Source: Pseudomonadota bacterium (GTDB lineage: Bacteria > Pseudomonadota > Alphaproteobacteria > Sphingomonadales > Sphingomonadaceae). Taken from it: a stretch of DNA of 64,000 nt. The DNA lies in NCBI GenBank assembly GCA_023433305.1, contig JAEZCZ010000120.1, positions 8,136 through 72,135 on the forward strand. The letters are read 5' to 3'. Made by a program: the position numbers and the translations under genes. Shown in pieces: positions 32,027 through 41,810 of this stretch; within the stretch, counting starts at the first letter, position 1, and each line of letters begins with the position of its first letter. The notes beneath the pieces were generated by a model. It saw nothing but the letters and a program-made list of their open reading frames with translations, had not been told where the DNA came from and did not search any database.

Positions 32027-33022
32027 TTAACGCAGCCAGTCGAAAACCGGCAGGCCCTTCTGCTCGAGCCACTCGCGCTTGTAGAGCGAGGATAGATAGC
32101 GGAACCCCGTGTCGCACAAGATCGTGACCACGCGCTTGCCCGGTCCGAGTTGCTTGCCGAGCGCGACGGCTCCGGCGACGTTGATTCCCGAGGACAAGCC
32201 CAGGCACAGCCCCTCTTCGCGGAGCAGCCGGGCAATCCAATAGAGCCCCTCCTCGTCGGAAATGCGGAACTGGGTGTCGATCGGCGCGCCTTCGAGGTTG
32301 GCGGTGATCCGTCCCTGACCGATCCCTTCCGCCACCGACGAACCTTCCGCCGAAAGCTCGCCCGACGCATAGTAGTTGTAGAGCGCGGCGCCGTGCGGGT
32401 CGGTCAGCGCGATGCATACATTCTCGTCGCGTTCCTTCAGGCCCATGCCCACGCCGGCGAGCGTGCCGCCGGTGCCGACCGAGCAGGTGAACCCGTCGAT
32501 GCGCCCGTCCATCTGCTCCCAGATTTCGGGCGCGGTGCTTTCGATGTGGGCCTTGCGATTGGCGATGTTGTCGAACTGGTTCGCCCAGACTGCACCTTCG
32601 GTCTCCTCCGCCAGCCGGCGAGAGGTGTGGACGAAGTGGCCGGGATTGGAGAACTTGGTCGGGGGGACGAGGACCAGCTCGGCGCCCAGCGCGCGGAGCG
32701 TGTCCATCTTCTCCTTGGACTGGTTCTCCGGCATGACGATGATCGTCTTGTAGCCGCGGGCGTTCGCAACGAGCGCCAGGCCGATTCCGGTATTGCCGGC
32801 GGTGCCCTCGACGATGCAGCCCCCGGAGCGCAAGGTCCCCTTCTCTTCGGCATCGCGGACGATCCACAGCGCGGCCCGGTCCTTGACCGAGGCGCCGGGG
32901 TTGGCGAATTCGCATTTCGCCCAGATCTCGCAACCGGCCGCCTCGCTCGGACCCTTCAAAAGGACCAGAGGCGTGTTGCCGATGAGATCGAGCGAGCTGG
33001 CGAGAGAAGCCGGGGCAGTCAT
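32027..33022 (-). CDS. cysteine synthase family PLP enzyme (CysK/CBS-like)
   Basis: Trimmed to MTAPASLASSLDLIGNTPLV. PLP-lysine motif SVKDR, plus GTAGNTG and the fold-type II layout. Confidence 0.88.
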   Translation of the reverse strand: MTAPASLASSLDLIGNTPLVLLKGPSEAAGCEIWAKCEFANPGASVKDRAALWIVRDAEEKGTLRSGGCIVEGTAGNTGIGLALVANARGYKTIIVMPENQSKEKMDTLRALGAELVLVPPTKFSNPGHFVHTSRRLAEETEGAVWANQFDNIANRKAHIESTAPEIWEQMDGRIDGFTCSVGTGGTLAGVGMGLKERDENVCIALTDPHGAALYNYYASGELSAEGSSVAEGIGQGRITANLEGAPIDTQFRISDEEGLYWIARLLREEGLCLGLSSGINVAGAVALGKQLGPGKRVVTILCDTGFRYLSSLYKREWLEQKGLPVFDWLR

Positions 33023-33085
33023 AGCCGCCCGGTTAAGCCGCCTCGCGCGTGGTTCGCAACGCAAATGCGCTTGTTGCGAGTGAAA

Positions 33086-33403
33086 TCAGTCTTCCTCGGC
33101 GATGCGTACGCGAAGGCCGTCCAGATCGTCGGTGAACGGAATCTGGCAGGACAGGCGCGAGTGCGCGTCGCGGTCGTCGCTCGAATCGAGAAGGTCGTCC
33201 TCGTCGGCGCTGATCGCCGGCAACTGGTCCATGAACTCGGGATCGACGTGGACGTGACAGGTTGCGCATGAGCAGCAGCCGCCGCACAGCGCGAGGAGCT
33301 CGTCGAAGCCGTTGTCGCGGATCGCTTCCATAACCGTGAGGCCACTCGCCGCCTCCACCTCGCGGGTCTCGCCTGAGCGGGTGGTGACGATCAACTTGGG
33401 CAT
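33086..33403 (-). CDS. [2Fe-2S] ferredoxin, adrenodoxin/putidaredoxin type
   Basis: Trimmed to [12 protein letters not shown], with AGGAAG 8 nt upstream. Cluster ligands are in [11 protein letters not shown] and ...SRLSCQI. Confidence 0.9.
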   Translation of the reverse strand: MPKLIVTTRSGETREVEAASGLTVMEAIRDNGFDELLALCGGCCSCATCHVHVDPEFMDQLPAISADEDDLLDSSDDRDAHSRLSCQIPFTDDLDGLRVRIAEED

Positions 33404-33473
33404 GGCGTCGGCTTCCTTTCTGCTGCGCCGGGCTGCTACGGGACTGGCGCCCGGTTTGGCAAGCGGAGGAAAC

Positions 33474-34091
33474 ATGGGTTTGACGGCACGGCAGCTCAGC
33501 GCAGGTCTCGACGCAGTCGCTGCGCGCGAGCCGGGCATCGCGGAGGCGCTCGCCCGCGCTGGCTATCCCGAGCCGAGAATCCGTGAGCGCGGCTACCGCA
33601 CCTTGCTCCGTACGATCGTCGGCCAACAGGTCAGCGTCGCGGCTGCTGCAAGCGTCTGGCGCAAGCTCGAGGAGCTGCTGGGCGAGGACATTCCCCCGGA
33701 AGCCCTGCTGGCCGCGGAGTTCGACGCGCTGCGGGCATGCGGGCTGTCGCGCCAGAAGCAGGGCTATGCGCGCTCGCTCTGCGAATTGGTCGCGAGCGGC
33801 GACCTCGATCTCGAGAGCCTGCCCGAGGATGACGAGCAGGCGATCGAGCAGCTCGTGAGGATCAAGGGCATCGGCCGCTGGTCGGCCGAGATCTACCTGC
33901 TGTTCGCCGAAGGGCGGCCCGACATCTGGCCCGCGGGCGACCTTGCCGTCCAGGCCGGCCTCGCTCGCATCCTCTCGCTGCCCGAACGCCCAAGCGAGAA
34001 GGCGACGCGCGAGCTGGCCGAGAAGTGGCGTCCGCACCGTGGCTCGGTCGCGATCCTGACCTGGCATTGCTACAACAATCCGGCCCTCTAG
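33474..34091 (+). CDS. DNA-3-methyladenine glycosylase II-like (HhH-GPD family)
   Basis: ATG 33474 is preceded by GGAGGAAAC. HhH motif [15 protein letters not shown] and catalytic Asp context WPAGDLAV. Confidence 0.85.
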   Translation: MGLTARQLSAGLDAVAAREPGIAEALARAGYPEPRIRERGYRTLLRTIVGQQVSVAAAASVWRKLEELLGEDIPPEALLAAEFDALRACGLSRQKQGYARSLCELVASGDLDLESLPEDDEQAIEQLVRIKGIGRWSAEIYLLFAEGRPDIWPAGDLAVQAGLARILSLPERPSEKATRELAEKWRPHRGSVAILTWHCYNNPAL

Positions 34092-34157
34092 CTTCAGTAT
34101 CTTTGCCCATATGCGCCGATGGTGTATTAGGTCAGTAATACAGATAAGGACCCCCTC

Positions 34158-36125
34158 ATGACCGACGTTTCCGCCGCCCTTCCTTCCGCTGCCGAGCGCG
34201 TGGCGGACGTTCCGCTGATCCCGCGGGCGGCGCTGTTTGGAAATCCGACGCGATCGGGCGGGCAGATCAGCCCGGACGGCAACTGGCTGGCGTGGATGGC
34301 GCCCCATAACGAGGTCTTGAACGTGTGGCTGGCACCGTCGAGCGACCCCACGAACGCCCGCCGCATGACCAGTGCGACCGACCGGCCGATCCCTGCCTAT
34401 TTCTTCGCGCCCAACTCGCGCAGCCTGCTCTACATCCAGGACAAGGCGGGCGACGAGAACTTCCTGCTCTACCAGGTGGACATCGAAACGGGTGACGAGC
34501 GCTGCCTGACGCCGTTCGAGAACACGCGTGCGCGGATCGTCGGCAGTTCTCACGCGATCAAGGACAAGATCCTCGTCGGCCTCAACGACCGCGACGCGCG
34601 GGTCCACGACGTGCACATGCTCGACCTCGGCACGGGCGAACTGAGCCTCGTGCTCCAGAACGACGGCGACTACGTCGGCTTCCTAGCCGACGACAGCCTC
34701 ACGCTTCGTTACGCCATCCGGCAGAACGCCGAGGGCGGCAGCGACATGTTCGAGATCACCGGCGGCCGGATCGCCGAAGAGCCGAGCGAAAGCACCGGGC
34801 TGGAAGATTCGCTCACCACCGGAGTGGCCGGCTACACCGCCGACGGCAAGATCCTCTATTGGTACGACAGCCGCGGCCGCGACACCGCCGCCCTCCTCGC
34901 TCAGGATACCGAAACCGGGCACAAGCGCGTCGTGGCCGAGAACCCCAAAGCCGACATCGGCGGCACGATGCGCCACCCGGTCACCGGAGAGGTAGAGGCC
35001 TATTCGGTGAACTATCTCAAGACCGAATGGACCGCGCTCGATCCGCACGTTGGGTCCTCGCTCGATTGGCTGCGCTCGCAACTCTCGGGCGAGTTCTTCG
35101 TCCAGTCGCGAACCGAAGCGGACGACAAGTGGATCGTCGGCAACGACCCGTTGGTCGCACCGGCTCGTGCCTATCTCTACGATCGTCCCTCGCGCACGCT
35201 GACCGAGCTTTACGTGACCCGGCCCGAACTCGAGGGCGCGCCGCTGCAGCCGATGCATCCGGTGGAAATCGAATCGCGCGACGGGCTGACGCTGGTGAGT
35301 TACCTGACACTGCCGCCGGCGAGCGATCCGGAGGGACAAGGCAGGCCGACGGCGCCGGCGCCGATGGTGCTGCTGGTTCACGGCGGCCCGTGGGCGCGCG
35401 ACGGCTACGGCTTCAACCGCGCGCATCAGTGGCTCGCCAACCGCGGCTATGCGACCCTCAGCGTCAACTTCCGCGGCTCGACCGGGATCGGCAAGGCATT
35501 CATCAACGCCGCCAACCTCGAGTGGGGCAAGAAGATGCACGACGACCTGATCGATGCCGTCGAATGGGCCGTGGCGGAAGGCATAGCCGAGCGCGACAGG
35601 ATCGCGATCATGGGGGGTAGCTACGGCGGCTATGCGACGCTGGCCGGCCTGACCTTCACGCCCGAGGTTTTCGCCTGCGGCGTCGACATCGTCGGTCCTT
35701 CGAATCTCGAGACGCTGCTGGAAACCATCCCGCCCTACTGGGGGCCGATGGTGAAGCAGTTCCACCAGCGCATGGGCAATCCGGAGACGCCCGAGGGCAA
35801 GCAGCTCCTCGTCGAACGCAGCCCGCTTCACAAGGCGGACAAGATCAGTCGCCCGCTGCTGATCGGGCAAGGCGCGAACGATCCGCGCGTGAAGCAGTCG
35901 GAAAGCGATCAGATCGTGGAGGCGATGAAGGGACACGGCATTCCGGTGACCTACGTGGTGTTCCCCGACGAAGGACACGGCTTCGCCAAGCCGACCAACA
36001 ACATCGCATTCAACGCGATCACCGAGAACTTCCTGGGCACCGTGCTGGGCGGAAGGTCGGAGCCGATCGCGGGCGAGGTCGAGGCATCGAGCGCCGAGAT
36101 CCTGGCGGGCGCGGAACTGCTTTAG
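34158..36125 (+). CDS. S9 family serine peptidase (prolyl oligopeptidase/dipeptidyl peptidase-like)
   Basis: N-terminal beta-propeller region. C-terminal alpha/beta hydrolase with nucleophile motif GGSYGGY, Asp in GANDPRV and His in DEGHGF. Confidence 0.9.
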   Translation: MTDVSAALPSAAERVADVPLIPRAALFGNPTRSGGQISPDGNWLAWMAPHNEVLNVWLAPSSDPTNARRMTSATDRPIPAYFFAPNSRSLLYIQDKAGDENFLLYQVDIETGDERCLTPFENTRARIVGSSHAIKDKILVGLNDRDARVHDVHMLDLGTGELSLVLQNDGDYVGFLADDSLTLRYAIRQNAEGGSDMFEITGGRIAEEPSESTGLEDSLTTGVAGYTADGKILYWYDSRGRDTAALLAQDTETGHKRVVAENPKADIGGTMRHPVTGEVEAYSVNYLKTEWTALDPHVGSSLDWLRSQLSGEFFVQSRTEADDKWIVGNDPLVAPARAYLYDRPSRTLTELYVTRPELEGAPLQPMHPVEIESRDGLTLVSYLTLPPASDPEGQGRPTAPAPMVLLVHGGPWARDGYGFNRAHQWLANRGYATLSVNFRGSTGIGKAFINAANLEWGKKMHDDLIDAVEWAVAEGIAERDRIAIMGGSYGGYATLAGLTFTPEVFACGVDIVGPSNLETLLETIPPYWGPMVKQFHQRMGNPETPEGKQLLVERSPLHKADKISRPLLIGQGANDPRVKQSESDQIVEAMKGHGIPVTYVVFPDEGHGFAKPTNNIAFNAITENFLGTVLGGRSEPIAGEVEASSAEILAGAELL

Positions 36126-36166
36126 GCCGAGCACGCCACTTTGGCGGGGCTCGTGGCTCGGTATTT
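36126..36166 (+). terminator. possible intrinsic terminator after the S9 peptidase gene
   Basis: CCGAGC(A)C ... G(T)GGCTCGG imperfect stem directly after the stop, followed by TATTT. The U-tract is weak. Confidence 0.35.
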
Positions 36167-36258
36167 CCAGGCAGTTGCGTGCCGCCCTGGCCTGCCGCGC
36201 GACCTTTCGGTCGCTCGCAATGACGATTTGAACGGCTGCCTCTAGGTAGGCGGCGCAG

Positions 36259-36549
36259 TCAGACGAACAGGACCGGGGTGACCTGCCAGACGACCGAGAG
36301 CAACGAGATGGCTGCTCCCGCCGCGGCCAAGCGGGCGACCCAGTTGTCCGTCGGGTCGGAAGCGGCGATTTTCGGCAATGTCCAGCGCAGGATCAGCAGG
36401 TTCGCGGTGATCGCGAGGGCGGTCACTCCGACCACGAACCAGGAAGCCAGCTCCGGCTTTCCGGGCAGCGCGCTGGCGATCGCGTAGAGCCCGAAAAAAT
36501 GGGCGGCCCAGACGCACAGGCCGGCGAGCAGGAGAGCCCACGACCGCAT
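36259..36549 (-). CDS. small 3-TM membrane protein, last gene of the oxidase operon
   Basis: 96 aa with three hydrophobic helices. Its start lies 1 nt after the stop of the fused subunit I/III gene. No recognisable family. Confidence 0.6.
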   Translation of the reverse strand: MRSWALLLAGLCVWAAHFFGLYAIASALPGKPELASWFVVGVTALAITANLLILRWTLPKIAASDPTDNWVARLAAAGAAISLLSVVWQVTPVLFV

Positions 36550-36550
36550 C

Positions 36551-39088
36551 TTACCAGCCCCAGGGGAACAGGCGCGTCAGGACCGCGGCTATGGCGCCCT
36601 GCCCTGCGGTATAGACGAGGAACAGCGTGATCACATCGAACGTGACGCTGCGCGGACGTACGATCATGTTCCGGCTGGTCCGCATGGCGAGGTAGATCAC
36701 CATCAGCACCGAAACTGCCACCAACATGCCCTGGAGCGCCAGAAGGGCGCTGATGATGGCCCCTTGCGCGCTGGCTTCGGGATCGACCCCGGCGCTTTGC
36801 CATGCGCTCCAGTCGAGGCCCCAGGCGGCCGCCATCAGCACGCCCGCCAGGATGGCCTGGGTCGAGGGGCTCCACAGCGTGCTGGCCTCGCGCTGGAGGA
36901 GCCAGCGCCCGAGCAGGACGAGCGCGGCCCCAGCCACGTAGAGGCCGGCGACGACCGGGGCCCATTCGGTGCCGCCGAAATCCGTCCAGTATTCGGGGTG
37001 CGTTCCGAACACGAAAAGGAAGCTGAACACGGCCATGATGAATACCATCAACGCGACGATGAGAAGCATCACCGTCGCCCACCAGCCATGAGTGCCGGAT
37101 CCTGTGGCATAGGTGGGAAGACGGATTCCCGCGCCAACATCCACGGTCGCTTCCGCTACCGGCCGATCGGTCTCCCAGAGCCAGCGCATGACCGAGGGCA
37201 CGGCGAGGATGCCGCTCACGACCGCCGGCGTATAAGCCTGGATGGTCAGGAGCAGGAAGAAACCCGCGGTGAAAATCGCCGACAGGAACGGCCAGATCGA
37301 CGGCCCCGGCATGATCTGAAGATACTGCGGCTCGGCGCGAACCGGGGAGGTGATCATCGTTTCGCGGTGGCCGGTCGGGGCGCCGGGAAGGAAATACCGG
37401 CCTTCCTGGACATCCTCGGGCAGGTTCTCGTCGTCCCACAGCGGCTCGCGGGTGCGGACGACGGGAATGCTCCGGGTGGAGTAGAACCCTGTCGGCAGCC
37501 ATTCGAGGGTTCCGCCGCCGTAGACGTTCCCCGCAGTACCCTCCGCGGCGAAACGGAAGTTGCGCGCGAGGTCGAACACGAACAACGCGACCCCCGCTCC
37601 GAACGTGAGCGCACCGATGGTCGAGATGAAGTTCGTCGGGGCAAGGTCGCTTCCCGGCAAGTAAGTATAGACCCGGCGCGGCATGCCCATGAAGCCGGTG
37701 AGGTGCATGGGAAGAAAAGTGACCTGCATGCCGACGAACATCAGCCAGAACACCCATTTACCGAGACGCTCGGACAGGGCGCGGCGGCTCATCATCGGCG
37801 TCCAGTAATAGAGGCCCGCGAACACCGGGAAGACCGCACCGCCGATCAGCACGTAGTGAAGGTGCGCGACGATGAAGTGCGTGTCGTGGACCTGCCAGTC
37901 GAACGGGACCATCGCCACCATCACCCCGGTCAGGCCGCCGATCACGAAAGTGACCAACCCGCCGACCACGAACAACGTCGGCGTGTTGTATCGTGGCCGC
38001 CCCGTCGCCAGCGTGGCGATCCACGAGAATACCTGGATGCCTGCCGGCACGCTCACCGCCATGCTGGCCGCGGCGAAGAACCCGATCGACAGCGTCGGCA
38101 TGCCGGTGGTGAACATGTGGTGCGCCCAGACGCCGAAGCTGATGAAGCCCGTGGCGAGGAAGGCGAGCACGACCAGTTCGTAGCCAACCAGGCTCGTGCG
38201 CGAGACGGCGGAAACGATCATCGAAACGAGGCCGGAGGCGGGCAGGAAGATGATGTACACTTCAGGGTGGCCGAAGAACCAGAACAGGTGTTGCCACAGC
38301 ATCGGATCCCCGCCGCGCGTGGCGTCGAAGAAGGGCCAGTTGAGCGCGCGTTCGAGCTCCAGCAGGAGGGTCGCCAGGATCACCGCCGGGAACGCGATCA
38401 GGATCATCGCGGCGAAGACCAGCATGGCCCAGGCGAACATCGGCATTCGCGCCAGCGTCATCCCCGGCGCCCGGGTCTTCAGCACCCCGACGATGATCTC
38501 GATGGCCCCGGCGATCGCCGAGATCTCGATGAAGCCGATGCCGAGCAGCCAGAAGTCGGCATTGATGCCCGGCGAATAGGTCGTGCTGGTGAGGGGCGGA
38601 TACATGAACCAGCCGCCATCGGGCGCGAGGCCGAAGAACAGCGACATGAAGAAGCAGATGCCGCCGATGAAGTATGCCCAGAACGCGTAAGCCGAGAGGC
38701 GCGGAAACGGCAGGTCGCGCGCGGCGAGCATTTGCGGCAGCAGCAGCACGCCGAGCGCTTCCATCATCGGCACGGCGAACAGGAACATCATCAGCGTGCC
38801 GTGCATCGTGAAGAACTGGTTGTAGGTCTCCTGCGGCAGCACGCCCTGCAGCGGCAGCGCCAGTTGCACCCGCATCACCAGCGCGAGCACGCCGGCCAGC
38901 ACGAAGAACAGGAATGCCGCGCCGACGTAGAACAGGCCGATGTAGTTGTTGTTGACCGCGGTCAGCAGCCCCCAGCCTTTCGGAGCGCGCCAGACGCGCT
39001 CAAGCTCTTCGAGTTCGTTCTCGGGGCGAGGTTCGGAAGTCGGAAACCGCTCGAGCAGCGCGGGATCGAAGCCCGTCTCGGACTTCAC
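36551..39088 (-). CDS. heme-copper cytochrome c oxidase, subunit I fused to subunit III (A1-type)
   Basis: 845 aa. The GTG start overlaps the subunit II stop (GTGA). Subunit I motifs are WFFGHPEVYIIFLP (Glu of the D-channel) and HHMF...HFIVAHLHYV. Roughly 300 additional C-terminal residues contain several further transmembrane helices, consistent with a subunit III-like module. Confidence 0.9.
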   Translation of the reverse strand: MKSETGFDPALLERFPTSEPRPENELEELERVWRAPKGWGLLTAVNNNYIGLFYVGAAFLFFVLAGVLALVMRVQLALPLQGVLPQETYNQFFTMHGTLMMFLFAVPMMEALGVLLLPQMLAARDLPFPRLSAYAFWAYFIGGICFFMSLFFGLAPDGGWFMYPPLTSTTYSPGINADFWLLGIGFIEISAIAGAIEIIVGVLKTRAPGMTLARMPMFAWAMLVFAAMILIAFPAVILATLLLELERALNWPFFDATRGGDPMLWQHLFWFFGHPEVYIIFLPASGLVSMIVSAVSRTSLVGYELVVLAFLATGFISFGVWAHHMFTTGMPTLSIGFFAAASMAVSVPAGIQVFSWIATLATGRPRYNTPTLFVVGGLVTFVIGGLTGVMVAMVPFDWQVHDTHFIVAHLHYVLIGGAVFPVFAGLYYWTPMMSRRALSERLGKWVFWLMFVGMQVTFLPMHLTGFMGMPRRVYTYLPGSDLAPTNFISTIGALTFGAGVALFVFDLARNFRFAAEGTAGNVYGGGTLEWLPTGFYSTRSIPVVRTREPLWDDENLPEDVQEGRYFLPGAPTGHRETMITSPVRAEPQYLQIMPGPSIWPFLSAIFTAGFFLLLTIQAYTPAVVSGILAVPSVMRWLWETDRPVAEATVDVGAGIRLPTYATGSGTHGWWATVMLLIVALMVFIMAVFSFLFVFGTHPEYWTDFGGTEWAPVVAGLYVAGAALVLLGRWLLQREASTLWSPSTQAILAGVLMAAAWGLDWSAWQSAGVDPEASAQGAIISALLALQGMLVAVSVLMVIYLAMRTSRNMIVRPRSVTFDVITLFLVYTAGQGAIAAVLTRLFPWGW

Positions 39089-40023
39089 CGTTGCGCCTCG
39101 AGATAAGCCGCGAGCGCCTGCAGTTCCTCGCCGGAGAGATTCGGATAGGCGGGCATGCGGTTGTTGGGCTTGATCGCCTGGCTGTTGGCGATCCAGCCCA
39201 TCACGGTGCCGCGGTTGTGCGGCAGGATGCCCGCGCCGATCGTGCGCCGGGCGCCCATGAAGGTGAGGTCGGGCCCGGCAAGGCCGTTCGCATCCGTGCC
39301 GGCGATCCGGTGGCAGGCCGCACAGCCGGCGGTCTGGAACAGGGCTTCGCCCTCGGCCGCGTCAGTCGCCGGGGCCTGCTCGCGCGCGATGCGGGCCTGC
39401 GTCCACCGCTCGAACTCCTCGGGTGCGTGTGCAATTACCGCGAAGCCCATCAGCGCGTGCGGGCCACCGCAGTATTCGGCGCATTGGCCGCCATAGACGC
39501 CGGGCTCGTCGGCCTGGATGCGCATCAGGTTGTTGCGGCCGGGAATCATGTCGAGTTTGCCCGAAAGCCGCGGCACCCAGAAGCTGTGGATCACGTCGGC
39601 GGACTGCAGCTCGAGCACGACCGGCTGGCCCACGGGAATGTGCAGTTCGTTCGCATCATGATGCCGCGGGGTGCCATCCGGGCCGAGGTAGGCGACGCGC
39701 CACCACCACATCTCCCCCGTCACGCGCACACGCATCTCGTCGCCGCGGATGCGGTCAGACAAGCTGCTCGTCAGCGAGAGGCCGTAGAACAACAGCGCGG
39801 TCAGCACGACGGCCGGCAGCGCGATGCCGGCCAGCCAGATCACTTTCGTGCCGCCCAGCCTGGCTCTCGCCCGATCGCTGCCGAAAAGGGCAATCCACAG
39901 CGCAGCCAGCACCAGCGCCAGCACGCCCGCCGCCATCGCCAGCAGCACCCAAGAGAGGGTGGTGACCGGCCACGCATAGGGCCCGGCGGGATCGAACACG
40001 GGGGGTGGCCAGCCTTCGAGCAT
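39085..40023 (-). CDS. cytochrome c oxidase subunit II with C-terminal cytochrome c domain
   Basis: Two N-terminal transmembrane helices. CuA site HSFWVP...CAEYCGGPHALM. C-terminal heme c motif CAACHRI plus the distal NRMPAY. Confidence 0.92.
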   Translation of the reverse strand: MLEGWPPPVFDPAGPYAWPVTTLSWVLLAMAAGVLALVLAALWIALFGSDRARARLGGTKVIWLAGIALPAVVLTALLFYGLSLTSSLSDRIRGDEMRVRVTGEMWWWRVAYLGPDGTPRHHDANELHIPVGQPVVLELQSADVIHSFWVPRLSGKLDMIPGRNNLMRIQADEPGVYGGQCAEYCGGPHALMGFAVIAHAPEEFERWTQARIAREQAPATDAAEGEALFQTAGCAACHRIAGTDANGLAGPDLTFMGARRTIGAGILPHNRGTVMGWIANSQAIKPNNRMPAYPNLSGEELQALAAYLEAQR

Positions 40024-40380
40024 CTAACTGTCGAGCCCGTAAAGGTAAGCCGCCACGTCGAGCGCCTCGCGTGGAGTCAGCGGCATGGCCGGCATCGACG
40101 TTTCGGGCACGAGCGCGGGCGCGTTGCGAACGAACGCGGCGAGAACCTCCGGGCGGTTGGGCAATTCGCCCGCGATCATCCCGCGCCGACCCATCGCACG
40201 CAGCGGCGGGCCTGCCTTGCCTTTGGGCCAATCGATGCCCGCGATGTCATGGCAGCTTGCGCACCCCACACGCTCGATCGCCGCCTTGCCCCGCTCGGGG
40301 CTGGCCAGCGCCATCTCCGTTCTTTCCCCGGGTGGTGGCTTGCACGCCGCGATCAGGGGCAGCAGGAACAGAATGGGCAT
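40024..40380 (-). CDS. small monoheme c-type cytochrome (lipoprotein)
   Basis: The 324-aa ORF was trimmed to MPILFLLPLIAAC (lipobox). Heme motif CASCHD and distal SMPAMP. Its stop abuts the subunit II ATG (TAGATG). Confidence 0.8.
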   Translation of the reverse strand: MPILFLLPLIAACKPPPGERTEMALASPERGKAAIERVGCASCHDIAGIDWPKGKAGPPLRAMGRRGMIAGELPNRPEVLAAFVRNAPALVPETSMPAMPLTPREALDVAAYLYGLDS

Positions 40381-40467
40381 AGCCTGTCGCAAGCAGTCCC
40401 CCGAGCAAAGACCAGGACGGTCCGTCGAACGGAACCGGTGTGGGGGCGGGCCGGTTCCCCATCCTGA

Positions 40468-41232
40468 ATGGTTCGCATCGCCCTGCCCGTCTGCCTCGTT
40501 GCCCCAGCCCTGTCGGCATGCGTGCCGGCGACGACGGAATCGGCCGAGCGCTTCGCGGCGACCGGCGAATTGATCGCTCTCAGCGGGGGCGAGGCCGGGG
40601 CCGCCAATGCCTGCTTCACCTGCCACGGAATGAACGGAGAAGGGGACGGCGCTTTCACGCCCAGGCTGGCGGAGCTCGACGCGGGTTATCTCGAGCGGCA
40701 ACTGCAGGCCTACGCCAACGGTCAGCGCGTCCATCCGCAAATGACCTACATCGCCGAGAGGCTTGACGCGGCCCAAAGGCGGCAGGTTTCCGCCTATTAC
40801 GCGGCCATGCCGGCGGTCCCGACGAGCGCGGCCGAACGCGCATCCGACGACATCGCGGCCCTCTATCACGACGGAGACCCCGATCGCGGGTTGGTCGCCT
40901 GCGCGGCGTGCCACGGGCCAAGCGGCGAAGGACTCGGTCCGGCCAATCCGCCGCTTGCCGGCCAGCCCCGCGGTTACCTGGCGGCCCAACTCGATCATTG
41001 GCGCCGTTCCTCGCGGCGGTCCGATCCGGGTGCGGTCATGCTGCGGATCAGCCAGCTTCTGACTCCCGCAGAGTCGGCGGGCCTTGCGGCCTATGCGTCG
41101 AGCCTTGCTGGGGGTCCTCCCAGTCCGGTATCTCCGGCAGCATTCCGCGCAGCACGTCGTGGCGATCCCAGAAGTGATGCTTCAGCGCCGCCCCTGCATG
41201 TGCCGGAACGAGCACGAGCAGCAGCCAGATGA
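40468..41232 (+). CDS. diheme cytochrome c (c4-like), lipoprotein
   Basis: Lipobox LSAC. Two CxxCH motifs (CFTCH and CAACH), each followed by a GYLxxQL segment typical of c4 repeats. The last 40 aa or so are low complexity and overlap the convergent b561 gene. Confidence 0.8.
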   Translation: MVRIALPVCLVAPALSACVPATTESAERFAATGELIALSGGEAGAANACFTCHGMNGEGDGAFTPRLAELDAGYLERQLQAYANGQRVHPQMTYIAERLDAAQRRQVSAYYAAMPAVPTSAAERASDDIAALYHDGDPDRGLVACAACHGPSGEGLGPANPPLAGQPRGYLAAQLDHWRRSSRRSDPGAVMLRISQLLTPAESAGLAAYASSLAGGPPSPVSPAAFRAARRGDPRSDASAPPLHVPERARAAAR

Positions 41233-41719
41233 GCCAGTGGTGGACGCGCTCCGCGACGCCGAGCCATGTCTGACGCTGCTCGATGGGAAGATTGTGCAAC
41301 GGGATATCCGGCCAGGGGATGATCCCGGCGACGTACAGCGGCCCGGGCGGCGCGATCGCGGACCACATGATCCACCCGCTGATCGGGAGCAGCACGAAGC
41401 AGGCGTAAAACAAGAAGTGCGTCACGTGGGCGAGAGTCGTCTGCCACCCCAGCCGGTCGGCATCGTTGACGGGACCGGGCACGGCGAACCGCCAGGCGGC
41501 CCTAAAGAACGCGAGCACCAGCACCGCCAACCCCGCCGCGCTGTGGACCTGATAGGCCTGCAGCTTGCTTCCGCCGGGCATCAGGACGTCGGTGTAGAAA
41601 CCCCAGCCGAGCTGGAACAAGACCAACGCGGCCATCGTCCAGTGGAAGACCACGCCGACGGGCGTGTAGCGGGCGTCCTGCGTGTATTGGCGAGCCCAGG
41701 CTCGCAGCCGACGGAGCAT
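41048..41719 (-). CDS. cytochrome b561 family protein
   Basis: Trimmed to MLRRLRAWARQYTQDARYTPVGVVFHWTMA. Four transmembrane helices carry the conserved His residues (HW, VHS, VTHFLFY, HHWL). Confidence 0.8.
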   Translation of the reverse strand: MLRRLRAWARQYTQDARYTPVGVVFHWTMAALVLFQLGWGFYTDVLMPGGSKLQAYQVHSAAGLAVLVLAFFRAAWRFAVPGPVNDADRLGWQTTLAHVTHFLFYACFVLLPISGWIMWSAIAPPGPLYVAGIIPWPDIPLHNLPIEQRQTWLGVAERVHHWLIWLLLVLVPAHAGAALKHHFWDRHDVLRGMLPEIPDWEDPQQGSTHRPQGPPTLRESEAG

Positions 41720-41810
41720 CGTCACGCCGGCCGTTGCGCCTGATGAAACCAGCGCCCCGCCAGTATGAGCGCCGCCAACAGATAGAGCGCCGCCGCGGGG
41801 GCCCACATGA

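Noticed and set aside
36764-39106. A 780-aa plus-strand ORF antisense to the oxidase subunit I/III gene. Similar long antisense or off-frame ORFs occur elsewhere, e.g. 1524-2804, 5055-6143, 12185-13528, 12291-13556, 47221-48966, 58217-59326 and 60111-61250.
   Set aside because: Their translations are dominated by Arg/Gly/Ala/Pro/His with no motifs. They lie opposite genes with unmistakable family signatures. Long stop-free antisense frames are expected at about 66 percent GC.
40024-40998. A 324-aa minus-strand ORF upstream of oxidase subunit II.
   Set aside because: Only the last 118 codons (from MPILFLLPLIAAC) look like a protein: lipobox, CxxCH and a distal Met. The upstream part overlaps the plus-strand diheme cytochrome gene and is Arg/Gly-rich.
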